64,000 bases of DNA. It comes from Sedimentisphaerales bacterium (lineage in GTDB: Bacteria; Planctomycetota; Phycisphaerae; Sedimentisphaerales; SM23-30). Positions 38,159 to 49,195 of this stretch are shown here, one piece after another (the stretch's first letter is position 1; every line of letters begins with the position of its first letter). The position numbers and the translations under genes were made by a program. Location of the stretch: NCBI GenBank assembly GCA_963666285.1, contig OY762711.1, one strand, 5' to 3'. The notes under the pieces were generated by a model. The model did no database searches and had not been told where the DNA came from. It saw only the letters and a program-made list of their open reading frames with translations.

Positions 38159-40216
38159 TTATTTTTTGTAAAATTCATCAACGGTAAAGGAATATCCCTT
38201 TTGCCTTATTTGATGAAAAACATATGCCGAAGCATTTTTGTTACCAATTAAATAATAACCACAACCAAGATATTCAAGTACATCTTTTACAGAGTCTTTA
38301 TCCACTCCGGAAGGATCTTCGTTCAACCAGTTTTCATATTTCCCCAGGATAGCGATAATTTTCTGGCCACTAGAAGAATTCCTTTCCATCTCCAAAGCTT
38401 TAGCATAAAGAACCCTGTCTTCCAGTGCAAGATCCACCTGAGGTACTTTACCATAGAACATTCTTGCTTTTTCATTTTCTTTACACAAAGCAAACACCTT
38501 GGCCAACCCTTTAACTAAAGAGTCATCAGGAACGGCATTTTCAATTTGCTTTGCCAACTCTAAAGCTTCTTCCTGCTTTTCCAGATTTGCATAGACTAAA
38601 GAAAGCTCAAGATAAGCTTGCGAAGGGACCAGGTCATCACCTTTACTTTCAAATAAATCTATGTAATCTTTCAAGACATCGACAGCGCGATCATCGTTGT
38701 ATTTATTAAAATCAACCACTAAAGCTTTTCTTGTCTCCCAGGAGATATCTCTATATTTACCAATCTGCCTGATTTGGTCATAAGAATTAATATAACGTTT
38801 GAATATTTCCCAGTTTTCAGACATACTATTAAAAGACTTTACCGTATCGAAAAGCAATAAATTCAGAGCAGATCTGTATTCCTGAAAATCGCCAAGTAAT
38901 ATTTCGATTTTTTTTGCATCAACTAATTTGTCGTTTATTTTCTCTTTAAATACTTCAACCTTATTTTTCACATCCAGAATTTCTTCCAGATCCCCTACTT
39001 CTTCAATAAGTAACTTAATATTATCCGGAAACTCGTAATTAGAAATTTCAGACGCCATCTGCCTGAAAGAATTAAGATTATCTTCAAGCTCATCTATTTT
39101 GACTTTAGCGTTATTTAAATCTGCGTCACTGAAATACCCGGAAATCTTGTTACACAAAGGTTCACATTTATCAAACTCGGTTAAGGCATTATCAAACTTT
39201 CCATTTACTTCAGTAAGCACCTGCCTGACAGGCTTAACGTAATTTTCAGTAATAAAACTCTCAATATCTCCCGGCGCAACAACAAAACTATTAACAGCGC
39301 GATCACCAGCTTTTTCCAAAGCCAGCGTAATTTCTCCCCCGCCCGGATTCCTTAGCAAAGAAGAATATTCTATCACAGTGTAAGTTGACAAGGCTTTAGA
39401 AATATTGCGGCCACACCCGGACAGATCTTCCATCTTAGAAAACATCGTCCCTCCGCTGGCATTAACAAGCTGCCTATACAAACCATCTGCAGCATAGTCC
39501 TTAAGCGGATTCACCGATACCAGATTAAAATTGACAGTATATTTTTTGAAATAGTAATTTATTCGATCGTAATCAGAAACAAAGCCTCCATGATCATTTG
39601 CAGCAATCAAAACAATTGTAGTCTTTTTCTGGTCACTACCAGGAATTGCAGCAAACTTTTTCATGGCAAGTAAAATTGCATCCCCAATTGGCTGTACCGA
39701 CAATGCTAATGGTCGATCAAGTTCCTTGCAACTATCAATCTCTTTTGTCGCTTTGTCACTACTAATCCAATCATGCACAACTTTTGCCTTCAATTCCAGG
39801 TCTAAGCCGTTATGTTCAATAGTAGTAGCTACTTTTGGTGTCATGGCAATTGTAAGAACTTTATCAGAGACTTTAAGTTCGCTCAATAATTTTTTAGCAC
39901 CTTCTTTAATCTCATCGGTTTCAACTTTACCATGATTATCAAAAATGAAAATATAATTATTAGAAATCCCAACTTCTTCACGAATCTCAATTGAATCCGA
40001 GGCTATAGTTTTATTATTTTCAGATAATGAAATCTCATCACCTAAGCCTCCATTATCCTTTGCATATATAGTGATTTTCGGAAAAACGTCCTTTGATGTC
40101 TTAACCTCAACAATATCTAATGCCGGCCAAGGCTGCTTTACAATTTCAGCTCCACAACAATATGGCATAGATAAAAGAACGAGAGCTCCCCAAATCAGTT
40201 TATTTTTTATAAACAT
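38159..40216 (-). CDS. Exported vWA-like / coiled-coil / TPR-like protein
   Basis: Signal peptide; YIFIFDNHGK, IGDAILLA, IVLIAAND, LVNASGG; helical C-terminus with TPR-like AYLELSLVY..EEALE and EYLGCGYY. Confidence 0.65.
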   Translation of the reverse strand: MFIKNKLIWGALVLLSMPYCCGAEIVKQPWPALDIVEVKTSKDVFPKITIYAKDNGGLGDEISLSENNKTIASDSIEIREEVGISNNYIFIFDNHGKVETDEIKEGAKKLLSELKVSDKVLTIAMTPKVATTIEHNGLDLELKAKVVHDWISSDKATKEIDSCKELDRPLALSVQPIGDAILLAMKKFAAIPGSDQKKTTIVLIAANDHGGFVSDYDRINYYFKKYTVNFNLVSVNPLKDYAADGLYRQLVNASGGTMFSKMEDLSGCGRNISKALSTYTVIEYSSLLRNPGGGEITLALEKAGDRAVNSFVVAPGDIESFITENYVKPVRQVLTEVNGKFDNALTEFDKCEPLCNKISGYFSDADLNNAKVKIDELEDNLNSFRQMASEISNYEFPDNIKLLIEEVGDLEEILDVKNKVEVFKEKINDKLVDAKKIEILLGDFQEYRSALNLLLFDTVKSFNSMSENWEIFKRYINSYDQIRQIGKYRDISWETRKALVVDFNKYNDDRAVDVLKDYIDLFESKGDDLVPSQAYLELSLVYANLEKQEEALELAKQIENAVPDDSLVKGLAKVFALCKENEKARMFYGKVPQVDLALEDRVLYAKALEMERNSSSGQKIIAILGKYENWLNEDPSGVDKDSVKDVLEYLGCGYYLIGNKNASAYVFHQIRQKGYSFTVDEFYKK

Positions 40217-40258
40217 CCGACTATCCTTTCTTTTTATTTATAGTATCTCTTGACCTTT

Positions 40259-41224
40259 TTAGAAGCTACACCCGATAACTATTGATCCTATTCTGTCGAC
40301 ACCATGCTGTTCTTCAAATTCTCTAGTATAGAATGTTTGAGAATAGCCAATTTTCAAAGATTTATAATGATGCATTAAACCTACCTCAAGTGCGCCGACC
40401 AGAGGTTTCTCAGAAAGACCGGTAAGAAAACGATTATGTTCAACAGCTTTACCATTAGCCCTGACAAAAAGATAACTTGCCTTAGAATCCGAAACTTCAG
40501 AGGAGTGACCTATAGGTTTGTCGAGTCTTCCCGGTCCAAAATCATCATCAAGGTTAAATCCACAACGAAGAATAAACCCTAACTCTGCATGCCTGTGTAA
40601 AGTACCGGCAGTAAATCCGTACTCTGTCATAAAATCAATACCTTCAGGCAATTCAATAAGAGGCAATTGGCTTTTTTCTCTTACATAATAAGAAAAATCA
40701 AATGTCATCTCATCACTCAACTGATTTTCCCAGCCATAAGGTTCATTTTTATCCATAAGATCATGGACAAACTCCTGTGTATCCTCACCAAAAGCAGAAG
40801 GCCCAATAAGTCCGACATTTAATTCAGTCAATTCAATCTTTTTCGAATCTGCCCGCTGCATAAAAATACCTGAATACAACCAGCCGGCAAATTTCATATC
40901 CACATCAAACTGTCTATCCAGTTCATCAACGTAATCCGGAGTGTAAAGATTTTGTCCAACAAAAATACCTAGCCGCGAAGTATAGTCACCGTCAAAACAC
41001 CATCCGCCTAAACTACTTAATAAATCCCATTCAGGCACCATATCTGTTGTATATACTATTTTTGTGCCATTAGTATAATGCCGATCTGTTTTGCCATTTG
41101 GTTTCAAACTCTGACTATCATTGTCGGCGTATAGATCAATGACAGACTGCGAAAATAATGCATTTGCTACTAAAAATAATACTGCAACTACTAAAAACGA
41201 ACGGTTTCGGTTTACTGGACTCAT
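40259..41224 (-). CDS. LpxR-family (DUF2219) lipid A deacylase-like outer membrane protein
   Basis: DND, DRHYTNG, GQNLYTP, FAGWLY, GLIGPSAFGE..Q..VH, GWENQL, TREF; C-terminal Phe. Confidence 0.85.
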   Translation of the reverse strand: MSPVNRNRSFLVVAVLFLVANALFSQSVIDLYADNDSQSLKPNGKTDRHYTNGTKIVYTTDMVPEWDLLSSLGGWCFDGDYTSRLGIFVGQNLYTPDYVDELDRQFDVDMKFAGWLYSGIFMQRADSKKIELTELNVGLIGPSAFGEDTQEFVHDLMDKNEPYGWENQLSDEMTFDFSYYVREKSQLPLIELPEGIDFMTEYGFTAGTLHRHAELGFILRCGFNLDDDFGPGRLDKPIGHSSEVSDSKASYLFVRANGKAVEHNRFLTGLSEKPLVGALEVGLMHHYKSLKIGYSQTFYTREFEEQHGVDRIGSIVIGCSF

Positions 41225-42255
41225 GTTATCCCTTTCTTAAATAATATAACCTTAGAAGAACTAAAAATCCCTTTTTCTTCTCAAATCCTAATTTTCAACA
41301 ACTTGAAACTATGAAGAAATATTATATAAAAAGCTTAGTAATTATCTATTTTTTTTTCAAAAAAACAAACATCTTTTCATAATTCACATAGTAAAAGAAC
41401 AGAAATGAAAAGACAGTAATCAATATGCACAAAATTAAATTACTGGAAAACAACCGAAAAAGCACACCACTACAAGTTGTTATATTGAAACATATCTCTA
41501 ATTTAAATATTAAAGCTTAATACTAAAAACAAATTATAACTAAATAACAATTCAGCAGATCAAACAATGTTAAATTATTTTTAAAAATATATGCATATAG
41601 CACCTAATAACTTATTACACACAAACACTAAACAACCATCGACAAGCAACACAAACCCATTACAGAAACAAACTTACACGGCACGCAATAAGGAGCACAA
41701 AGGATAATAATTAATATAGACTTAACACCTACAGTTAAAATTTCTTACTCATATTACTCATATAGCACCAGCATAATATAGTAAAATTAATATGAGCAAC
41801 GATAAATCACATTAAACCAAACTATAAAGACAGCAAAAAACAAGATAAAAAACGGAACTACGCTTCTAAGCTCTAGCCTTGCTTCCTTGACATAACAGCA
41901 TTAAACTAAAACAACCTAGAGCACCTAGGTCAAAATATCAATGCAACCCAAAGACCATGGCCACTTTGCGTTACACGCAATAAACGCTAAATTACTTATC
42001 ATGTTATAATACAATCAGAACGCGTACAATAATTATCAATTATACATACAAAAAACAACATTAATTAAAAACAAGCAATTATTTTCACCACAAATAAATA
42101 TTACATAACTTTAGTTAAAAAAAGCCTTTACGCAACAGAACGCACATCATGTAAAACACTTACAAACAGATATTTTACATTTTTATAAAAAAATGCGCCG
42201 TTTTTCCGGATAGTATTACATTAAATAAATAGACAGATATTTTATTCTGGAGTTA

Positions 42256-42807
42256 ATGTTGCAAAAAAATACAAATACTAAAAATAAAGAACCAGACAGG
42301 AGATATTTCCTGCAGCTGTTTATGAACAGCCAGAAAATAATTCATAACTATATACTCTCCATGGTTCACGATAAGGCAGATGCAGAAGACCTTACCCAGG
42401 AAACAGCACTGTTAATGTGGGATAAATTCGATGAATTTAAGCCAGATAGCAATTTTGTATCCTGGGGAGTAAAAATTGCCCATTATAAAGTAATGAATTA
42501 TTTTAAGACTAAAAAAAATGTGAAACTCTTCAGCGATGAACTGCTGGAACATATTTCTAACTGTTATCAACATAAAATAGGTGAAGTTGAAGAAAGGTTA
42601 GAAGCATTGGAACAATGTCTTAAAAAACTTAACCAGGATGACAGAAAACTCATAAATCACTATTACGAACAGGGTCTAAAAGTGACACAAATCACTGATG
42701 TCATGGGGAGTTCGGTCCATTCTTTATACAGGGCCATGGCGCGTATCCATGATTCACTTTTTTGTTGCATTAACCGAACAATAAGGGAGTGGAATTCCAT
42801 TGGATAA
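42256..42807 (+). CDS. ECF sigma-70 factor (PVC-type)
   Basis: DAEDLTQET..W.KF..F..GxNF-like SNFVSW, LEQCLKKL, region 4 HTH. Confidence 0.92.
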   Translation: MLQKNTNTKNKEPDRRYFLQLFMNSQKIIHNYILSMVHDKADAEDLTQETALLMWDKFDEFKPDSNFVSWGVKIAHYKVMNYFKTKKNVKLFSDELLEHISNCYQHKIGEVEERLEALEQCLKKLNQDDRKLINHYYEQGLKVTQITDVMGSSVHSLYRAMARIHDSLFCCINRTIREWNSIG

Positions 42808-44464
42808 GAATATTAAAAAACGCAGAGAATTGATCCAGGCTATTATCGGTAAGCTTGAAAATCAAGATATGACCTCGGAACTGGATTTTGACTCAATTGC
42901 ACACGAGTTGGAAAATGATCCGGAATTACTTAACTTCTATGTTGATTTCATGATCCAGCATTCTGGTTTGACACAAGCCGGAATCAATAGCCACGCACAA
43001 GTACTCAATCCGGACAATTTAGATCATTGTGTAATCAATTCTACGATACTAACCCAACTATCATTTGAAGAACGTAATGCTCCAACAATGGAGTCTAAGA
43101 ATGAAATACCTAAACCAATTGTAAAGCCATTATATTTCAAGAGATATTACCCATTAGTAGGCATGTTTGCCATTTTAATATCGTGCATAGTGTCAACTGT
43201 GTTCTGGATAGATATGCACGATAATAAAGCCGTCGCCGCGCAAGTTGTTGATACCTGCCAGACTAAATGGAAATCAGGCTCCTACAAACTAACAAACAAT
43301 GACTTAATATACGACAATAACAAAAAGTATAAGCTCAAACAGGGTACAATTAAAATATTATTTGAAGATGGCGCTCAGGTGGTCATTAACGGTCCTGCAG
43401 AGTTCTCTGTAACCAATAATGACAGAATGCAAATAGAAAGTGGTAAAATATTTGTACATGTACCAAGTAAATCTATTGGTTTCAGAGTAGATACGCCAAG
43501 CTGTGACATTGTTGACCTTGGAACAGAATTTGGTATCAATGTAAATAGCAGAGAAGCAGAAGTACACCTAATTGAAGGTAAGGCCATGCTTGTCCCGTCA
43601 GTAAAGCTTAAAGACTCTTTCAGTGAAATAATAACTGAAAACCAGGCACGCCATATCACATCAGGCGGCCAAATATCTGAAAGACCTTTTAATGGAACTG
43701 AGTTTGTTAGAGATTTTGATTCAAAAAGTAAGATTCTCTGGAATGGTAAAGATCTCAGCCTGACTGACATCGTAACAGGCGGAAATGGATTTGGCCTTCC
43801 AGAAGAAAATTCCGGCATTGATCCTAAAACATGCCAGATTGTTCATGGAAATTCAGAATGCAGAAATAATTATGACATTAACGGCTATCAGAGTGTGAGT
43901 TTTTCAAAATATATTGATGGCGTATTTGTACCAGATGGAGGAAATGGGGATGTACAGCTGAATTCCTCGGGCCAGACTTACGATCAATTTTGCGACACCG
44001 GAGGCGACTACTTTATGCCTATAGGTGTATACTCATATATTACTCTTTGCTATTCAAACGCAACAGGTTCAAACACAAAAAGCATCCATCTAGAAGGATA
44101 CCCTGAAGGAAAATCAGTAAACTTGTGCATGCATGCCAACTCTGGGATAACATTTGATTTGGATAACATTCGAAAAGATATTGGCTTTGCAAATATTAAA
44201 GGTTTTACAAGTGTAATTGGTATCCCCGTTACATATGAAGACCAGGAAGATGTTTGTGTAGATTTTTATGTATTTATCGATGGAAAAGCTGTAATAGTAA
44301 GAAAAGAAGTATCGAATAGAGATAAACCAGAGAAAATCTCCATACCAATAACCGATGAAATGCGTTTTCTAACATTAGCAACCACAGAAGGTGAACAAAA
44401 CTATGGTGACTGGTCAGTTTTTGTTGACCCAGTATTGAAGTTGGAAAAATCAGATGAAGAGTAG
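42800..44464 (+). CDS. FecR-domain anti-sigma factor with C-terminal NPCBM/NEW2 domain
   Basis: TM; FEDGAQVVINGPAEF, GFRVDTP..IVDLGTEFG; MHANSGITFDL..GDWSVFVDPVL; overlaps the sigma gene. Confidence 0.88.
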   Translation: MDKNIKKRRELIQAIIGKLENQDMTSELDFDSIAHELENDPELLNFYVDFMIQHSGLTQAGINSHAQVLNPDNLDHCVINSTILTQLSFEERNAPTMESKNEIPKPIVKPLYFKRYYPLVGMFAILISCIVSTVFWIDMHDNKAVAAQVVDTCQTKWKSGSYKLTNNDLIYDNNKKYKLKQGTIKILFEDGAQVVINGPAEFSVTNNDRMQIESGKIFVHVPSKSIGFRVDTPSCDIVDLGTEFGINVNSREAEVHLIEGKAMLVPSVKLKDSFSEIITENQARHITSGGQISERPFNGTEFVRDFDSKSKILWNGKDLSLTDIVTGGNGFGLPEENSGIDPKTCQIVHGNSECRNNYDINGYQSVSFSKYIDGVFVPDGGNGDVQLNSSGQTYDQFCDTGGDYFMPIGVYSYITLCYSNATGSNTKSIHLEGYPEGKSVNLCMHANSGITFDLDNIRKDIGFANIKGFTSVIGIPVTYEDQEDVCVDFYVFIDGKAVIVRKEVSNRDKPEKISIPITDEMRFLTLATTEGEQNYGDWSVFVDPVLKLEKSDEE

Positions 44465-44542
44465 AAAATAAAGCTGTATGCACAGCTGACAATTGAAGTG
44501 AACTTAAAATTTAATTAAATTTTGGCAACATTAACTATGTGA

Positions 44543-44582
44543 GCTACTAAGCGAACTAATAACATTAAGTTCGCTTAGTAGC
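44543..44582. terminator. 15-bp perfect inverted repeat (terminator-like or stabilising hairpin)
   Basis: GCTACTAAGCGAACT-10 nt-AGTTCGCTTAGTAGC between fecR and GH92. Confidence 0.6.
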
Positions 44583-44642
44583 CACAATTATTCTGTTATA
44601 GAAATTAACAGATAGTTTTTATTATAGGAAAACATTTGTAAA

Positions 44643-46907
44643 ATGATGACACGTAAAGTGAGAAAAGTGAAAAAGACTTTCAAAATGAAAGTTCTTTTAT
44701 CTTTAGCCTGCTTATCGGCCCCACTATACAGTTCTGGTCCAATTGATAGTGTTGACCCTTTAATTGGAACCGGTGGCCATGGCCATACCTTCATAGGAGC
44801 TTCAGTGCCATTTGGTGCTATCCAACCTGGTCCTAATAATATATATAAGGGCTGGGACTGGTCGTCAGGTTACCACTACTCAGACCCGATTATCAAAGGT
44901 TTCTCTCACCTACATTTAAGCGGCACAGGATGCACAGACCTGGGCGACATTTTAGTTATGCCCAACACAGGTGAAATAAAAACAATGCAGGGTTCAGACA
45001 ATAACCCAGCACAAGGTTATATTTCACTTTATGACCGCCGAACTCAAATTGCCAGACCAAACTATTATGCCGTAACACTGTCAGATTATAATATAAAAGC
45101 CGAATTGTCAGCATCTGAGAGAGTAGCAATACACCGCTACACATTCCCACAGAAAAAAGGGCATATAATCATAGACCTGGAAAACGGTAATAGTGATAGG
45201 GCAACTGATACATATATTACACAAATAGACAATAATACTATTGGCGGATACAGACACTCATCTGGCTGGGCAAATGACCAGAGAGTATTTTTCGTCCTGA
45301 CCGCAGAACAATCATTTGACAATCTGACTTTATACCACAGAGATGACAAGCTGGCCGAAAGCAAAGGTAAAGGCCCCTCAATGAAAGCTGTAATCAGCTA
45401 CGATAATCTCACAAAACCAGTCATAATTAAAGTCGGCATATCACCAGTCAGCATGGAAAACGCCAAAAAGAATATCAGCGATGAAATGCCGGGATGGAAT
45501 CTCGAAAGCATTGCAGAACAAGGTGCAGCAAAATGGAATAAAGAGCTGGGGACAATTGTCGCTGAAAGCAAATCTCCGGAAGTGAAGCGAATATTCTACA
45601 CAGCATTGTACCATACTATGATTGCACCTGTATTGTTCAATGACTCAAATGGCCAATATCGCGGAACAGACAAAACCGTTTACGACAACCCGGGCTTTGA
45701 CAATTACAGTATATTCTCTTTATGGGACACATATAGAGCTGAACACCCTCTGCTAACTATTATACAACCCCATAGAGTAAATAATATGGTTCAATCAATG
45801 CTAAAAATATATAAACAGCAGGGATATTTACCAGTATGGCACTTACTTGGCAATGAGACCTGGACAATGGTAGGTTATCATGCTGTTCCGGTAATCGCAG
45901 ATGCATATCTGAAGGGATATAACGGTTTCGATCCTGAAGAAGCATTTGAAGCAGTCAAAACTACAGCAATGAACGATAGAGCCGGTGTGAAATACATCAA
46001 GGAAATAGGATATATACCGGCAGAAAAAGAAGGAGAATCTGTTGCCAAGGCAATGGAATACGCTATTGATGATGCTTGTATAGCGTTAATGGCTAAGAAG
46101 ATGGGTAAGCAAACTGACTACGAGTATTTTACCCAAAGAGCAAACGCATATACCAAATATTTTGATAAAGAAACAACATTTATGCGAGGTATTACCAGCG
46201 ATGGTAAATGGCGTGAACCATTCGACCCTATCGCTTCAAAACACAGGTCAGACGATTACTGCGAAGGTAATGCGTGGCAGTACAACTGGCTGGTACCGCA
46301 AGACCCGGAAGGTTTAATCTCTCTGTTTGACTCCGAAGAAGCTTTCGTAAACAAACTTGACAAACTATTCACCATGAGTTCCAGCCTGGGACAAGGTGCA
46401 TCTTCTGACATCAGTGGACTTATTGGACAATATGCCCATGGAAATGAACCAAGTCATCATATCGCCTACCTGTATGCCTATGCCGGGCAACAGTGGAAAA
46501 CGGCACAATATGTTCGCCGCATAATGAAAGAACTATATAAAGATACAGAAGATGGATTATGCGGAAATGAAGATTGCGGCCAGATGTCTGCCTGGTATGT
46601 TCTATCTGCTATGGGATTTTACCAGGTTCATCCAGCAAGTGGTATTTATGTTATAGGAAGCCCGGCACTGGATAGAGCTGAAATACGCATTCCAGGCAAA
46701 CCTAATACATTTACTATTATCGCAAACAATAATAGTGATTCCAACATATACATTAATTCCATAAAATATAATGGGAAACCGTATGGCAAATCATTTATCA
46801 CACATGATATGATCTTATCTGGCGGTATATTAGAATTGGAAATGAGCTCAACTCCGAATAAAGCCTTTGCTGAGAAAGCTGTAGACAGGCCTTATTCTCC
46901 TAAATAA
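44643..46907 (+). CDS. GH92 alpha-1,2-mannosidase
   Basis: VDPLIGTGGHGHT, GFSHLHLSGTG, FSLWDTYR, EGNAWQY, QYAHGNEPSHH, GNEDCGQMSAWY; start probably at MKVLL. Confidence 0.96.
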   Translation: MMTRKVRKVKKTFKMKVLLSLACLSAPLYSSGPIDSVDPLIGTGGHGHTFIGASVPFGAIQPGPNNIYKGWDWSSGYHYSDPIIKGFSHLHLSGTGCTDLGDILVMPNTGEIKTMQGSDNNPAQGYISLYDRRTQIARPNYYAVTLSDYNIKAELSASERVAIHRYTFPQKKGHIIIDLENGNSDRATDTYITQIDNNTIGGYRHSSGWANDQRVFFVLTAEQSFDNLTLYHRDDKLAESKGKGPSMKAVISYDNLTKPVIIKVGISPVSMENAKKNISDEMPGWNLESIAEQGAAKWNKELGTIVAESKSPEVKRIFYTALYHTMIAPVLFNDSNGQYRGTDKTVYDNPGFDNYSIFSLWDTYRAEHPLLTIIQPHRVNNMVQSMLKIYKQQGYLPVWHLLGNETWTMVGYHAVPVIADAYLKGYNGFDPEEAFEAVKTTAMNDRAGVKYIKEIGYIPAEKEGESVAKAMEYAIDDACIALMAKKMGKQTDYEYFTQRANAYTKYFDKETTFMRGITSDGKWREPFDPIASKHRSDDYCEGNAWQYNWLVPQDPEGLISLFDSEEAFVNKLDKLFTMSSSLGQGASSDISGLIGQYAHGNEPSHHIAYLYAYAGQQWKTAQYVRRIMKELYKDTEDGLCGNEDCGQMSAWYVLSAMGFYQVHPASGIYVIGSPALDRAEIRIPGKPNTFTIIANNNSDSNIYINSIKYNGKPYGKSFITHDMILSGGILELEMSSTPNKAFAEKAVDRPYSPK

Positions 46908-47060
46908 TTAATAATTTGAAAATTCACTAGATTTGTAGTTGGAGGTTGTAATTAAAATATTATGGCCTCTAACTGCATTTTATCTAGATCATAAGCTGGA
47001 TATAAATACTGCTATCCCAAAGGTAATCATTGAGATATATTCAGTAGATATTTTTGCATA

Positions 47061-48182
47061 TTATTTACCAGCTGCTCCTGCAACATGCTCCTTACAGATA
47101 AAAACTACTTTTTCAGCAATTTTATCTAACGGCAAAGATATATCAACACCACCATGTTTAACCGCTTCATTAGGCATGCCATAAACCACACAGCTTTTTT
47201 CATCCTGGGCAATATTATACGAACCTGCTTCTTTCATTTCTGCCATACCCCTGGCACCATCATCTCCCATGCCGGTCATAATTACACCAACGGCATTCTT
47301 ACCGGCATACCGAGATGCCGACCTGAAAAGAACGTCAACTGAAGGTCTATGTCTGGACACTAAAGGACCATCCTTTACTTCAACATAATACCTAGCCCCA
47401 CTCCGTTTTACAAGCGTGTGCTTTCCGCCGGGAGCAATTAGAGCTCTGCCTGGAAGCACTGTATCATTGTCTGAAGCTTCTTTGACATTTATCACACATG
47501 TATCGTTAAGCCTTTGGGCAAAACTAGCGGTAAATTTTTCAGGCATATGCTGGACGATGACAATACCCGGACAGTCAACAGGAAGAGCCTGAAGAAATTC
47601 TCTCAAAGCTTCTGTTCCTCCGGTGGAAGCACCGACAACTGCAATCTTTTCAGTAGTCTTGATCATCGCCGATGAACTGGAGCCTTTTGAGAGCATAACA
47701 TCAGCACTGAGTTTTTCCTGAACGGGCCTGGATGGCAATGGTGCAGACTTGACAGCCTTCCGTTTAGATAAATTAGACATCGCAGCAGCTTTTACCGCAT
47801 CACATATGGTCACTTTTGCTTCTTCAAGATACTTTTTAACACCCAGCTGAGGTTTCGTAATAATATCAATTGCACCGTATTCCAGAGCTTTCATAGTCGT
47901 CTGGCACCCTTTTTCAGTCAAACTCGAACACATTACAACAGGTATTGGGTGCTGAGCCATGATCTTCTGCAAAAAAGTGATTCCATCCATCCTGGGCATT
48001 TCAACATCCAGGGTAATCACATCTGGTATTTCATTACTCATTTTACTTGCAGCAATAAATGGATCACCGGCAACAGCCATAACTTCCATATCAGGATCAG
48101 ACTCAATGATACTGGACAAAGTTTGCCTTACTACCGCAGAATCATCTACTATTAAAACTCTTATTTTCTTCTGGTTAACCAT
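47061..48182 (-). CDS. cheB: Chemotaxis response regulator methylesterase
   Basis: REC domain + [27 protein letters not shown]. Confidence 0.97.
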   Translation of the reverse strand: MVNQKKIRVLIVDDSAVVRQTLSSIIESDPDMEVMAVAGDPFIAASKMSNEIPDVITLDVEMPRMDGITFLQKIMAQHPIPVVMCSSLTEKGCQTTMKALEYGAIDIITKPQLGVKKYLEEAKVTICDAVKAAAMSNLSKRKAVKSAPLPSRPVQEKLSADVMLSKGSSSSAMIKTTEKIAVVGASTGGTEALREFLQALPVDCPGIVIVQHMPEKFTASFAQRLNDTCVINVKEASDNDTVLPGRALIAPGGKHTLVKRSGARYYVEVKDGPLVSRHRPSVDVLFRSASRYAGKNAVGVIMTGMGDDGARGMAEMKEAGSYNIAQDEKSCVVYGMPNEAVKHGGVDISLPLDKIAEKVVFICKEHVAGAAGK

Positions 48183-48204
48183 ATTTCATTCTCTTCAGCT
48201 ACAT

Positions 48205-49095
48205 CTATATTGCATTATCATCATTTTTAGGTTTTTGAAAAACCGTTGGTATCATTCTATTAAGCGGCAAATTAACACCATTTAGAGTTTCTGAATGTCC
48301 AACAAAAAGATAACCCCCAGGGCGAAGTTGCCGGTACAGTTTTGTAATTACTTCTACCTTGGTTTGCCAGTCAAAATATATTATAACATTACGGCAAAAA
48401 ACAACATCCATCATTGTTGATATACCATAATTGTCATCCATAAAATTCAACCGTCCAAAGATTACTTTTTGACGCAGTTCTGGCACTACCCTATACTGGC
48501 CTTTTCTTTTGCCTTTCCCAGTCATTAAATATTTATTTTTATATAATCCAGGAATAGGATCTATTATTTCTTTGCTATAAACAGCTCTTTTAGCTTCTGA
48601 CAATACGCTATGCGCTATATCAGTTGCAAGAATCTTATATGAGCCGGTATTACCAGAAAAAAACTGGTCAAGAACCATTGCGAGAGTATACGGTTCCTGG
48701 CCCGAGGAACATCCGGCAGACCAGAAATTTAGTATTTTATCCTTTTTGAACTCTGGAGATTGGGTCATTTCCGGCAAAACCTTTTGCTTAAGGAACTCGA
48801 AATGTGCCGGTTCTCTGAAAAAATCTGTTTTATTGGTGGTAATCACATCGATCATTGATATTATTTCCATTATACTATCAGTTGCACTATGGATATAATC
48901 ATAATATTCCTGATACGATGATAAACCTAATTTTTTCAAACGTTTATAAAGCCTGGAAGACATCATGGAACGCTTGGCATCTTTTAATTCTATACCACAT
49001 TCTTCATAAATTAATTCTCTGAAGAACTGCATCTCCTTATCACTCAATAAAGGAATACCTGCATCGATATTATCTTTTGAGCTTTTATTTCCCAT
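48205..49095 (-). CDS. cheR: Chemotaxis methyltransferase
   Basis: TTNKTDFFRE, WSAGCSSGQEPY, ATDI, FCRNVIIYF, GHSE. Confidence 0.97.
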   Translation of the reverse strand: MGNKSSKDNIDAGIPLLSDKEMQFFRELIYEECGIELKDAKRSMMSSRLYKRLKKLGLSSYQEYYDYIHSATDSIMEIISMIDVITTNKTDFFREPAHFEFLKQKVLPEMTQSPEFKKDKILNFWSAGCSSGQEPYTLAMVLDQFFSGNTGSYKILATDIAHSVLSEAKRAVYSKEIIDPIPGLYKNKYLMTGKGKRKGQYRVVPELRQKVIFGRLNFMDDNYGISTMMDVVFCRNVIIYFDWQTKVEVITKLYRQLRPGGYLFVGHSETLNGVNLPLNRMIPTVFQKPKNDDNAI

Positions 49096-49195
49096 TACCT
49101 CTCCAATATCATTATTATATATTAAAACATCTCTTTTTAGAAAGTAGCTGGCAAGTCAATAAACAACTCACCAACTACTGTCATATTTTATATCA

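Noticed and set aside
25618..40216. Type VI secretion locus (PpkA/PppA/Fha-like genes)
   Set aside because: No TssB/C, Hcp, VgrG, ClpV or TssJLM genes in the window
41225..42255. 1-kb AT-rich divergent intergenic region as ncRNA or origin
   Set aside because: Only weak short repeats (e.g. CACGCAATAA twice); no DnaA-box cluster or convincing structure
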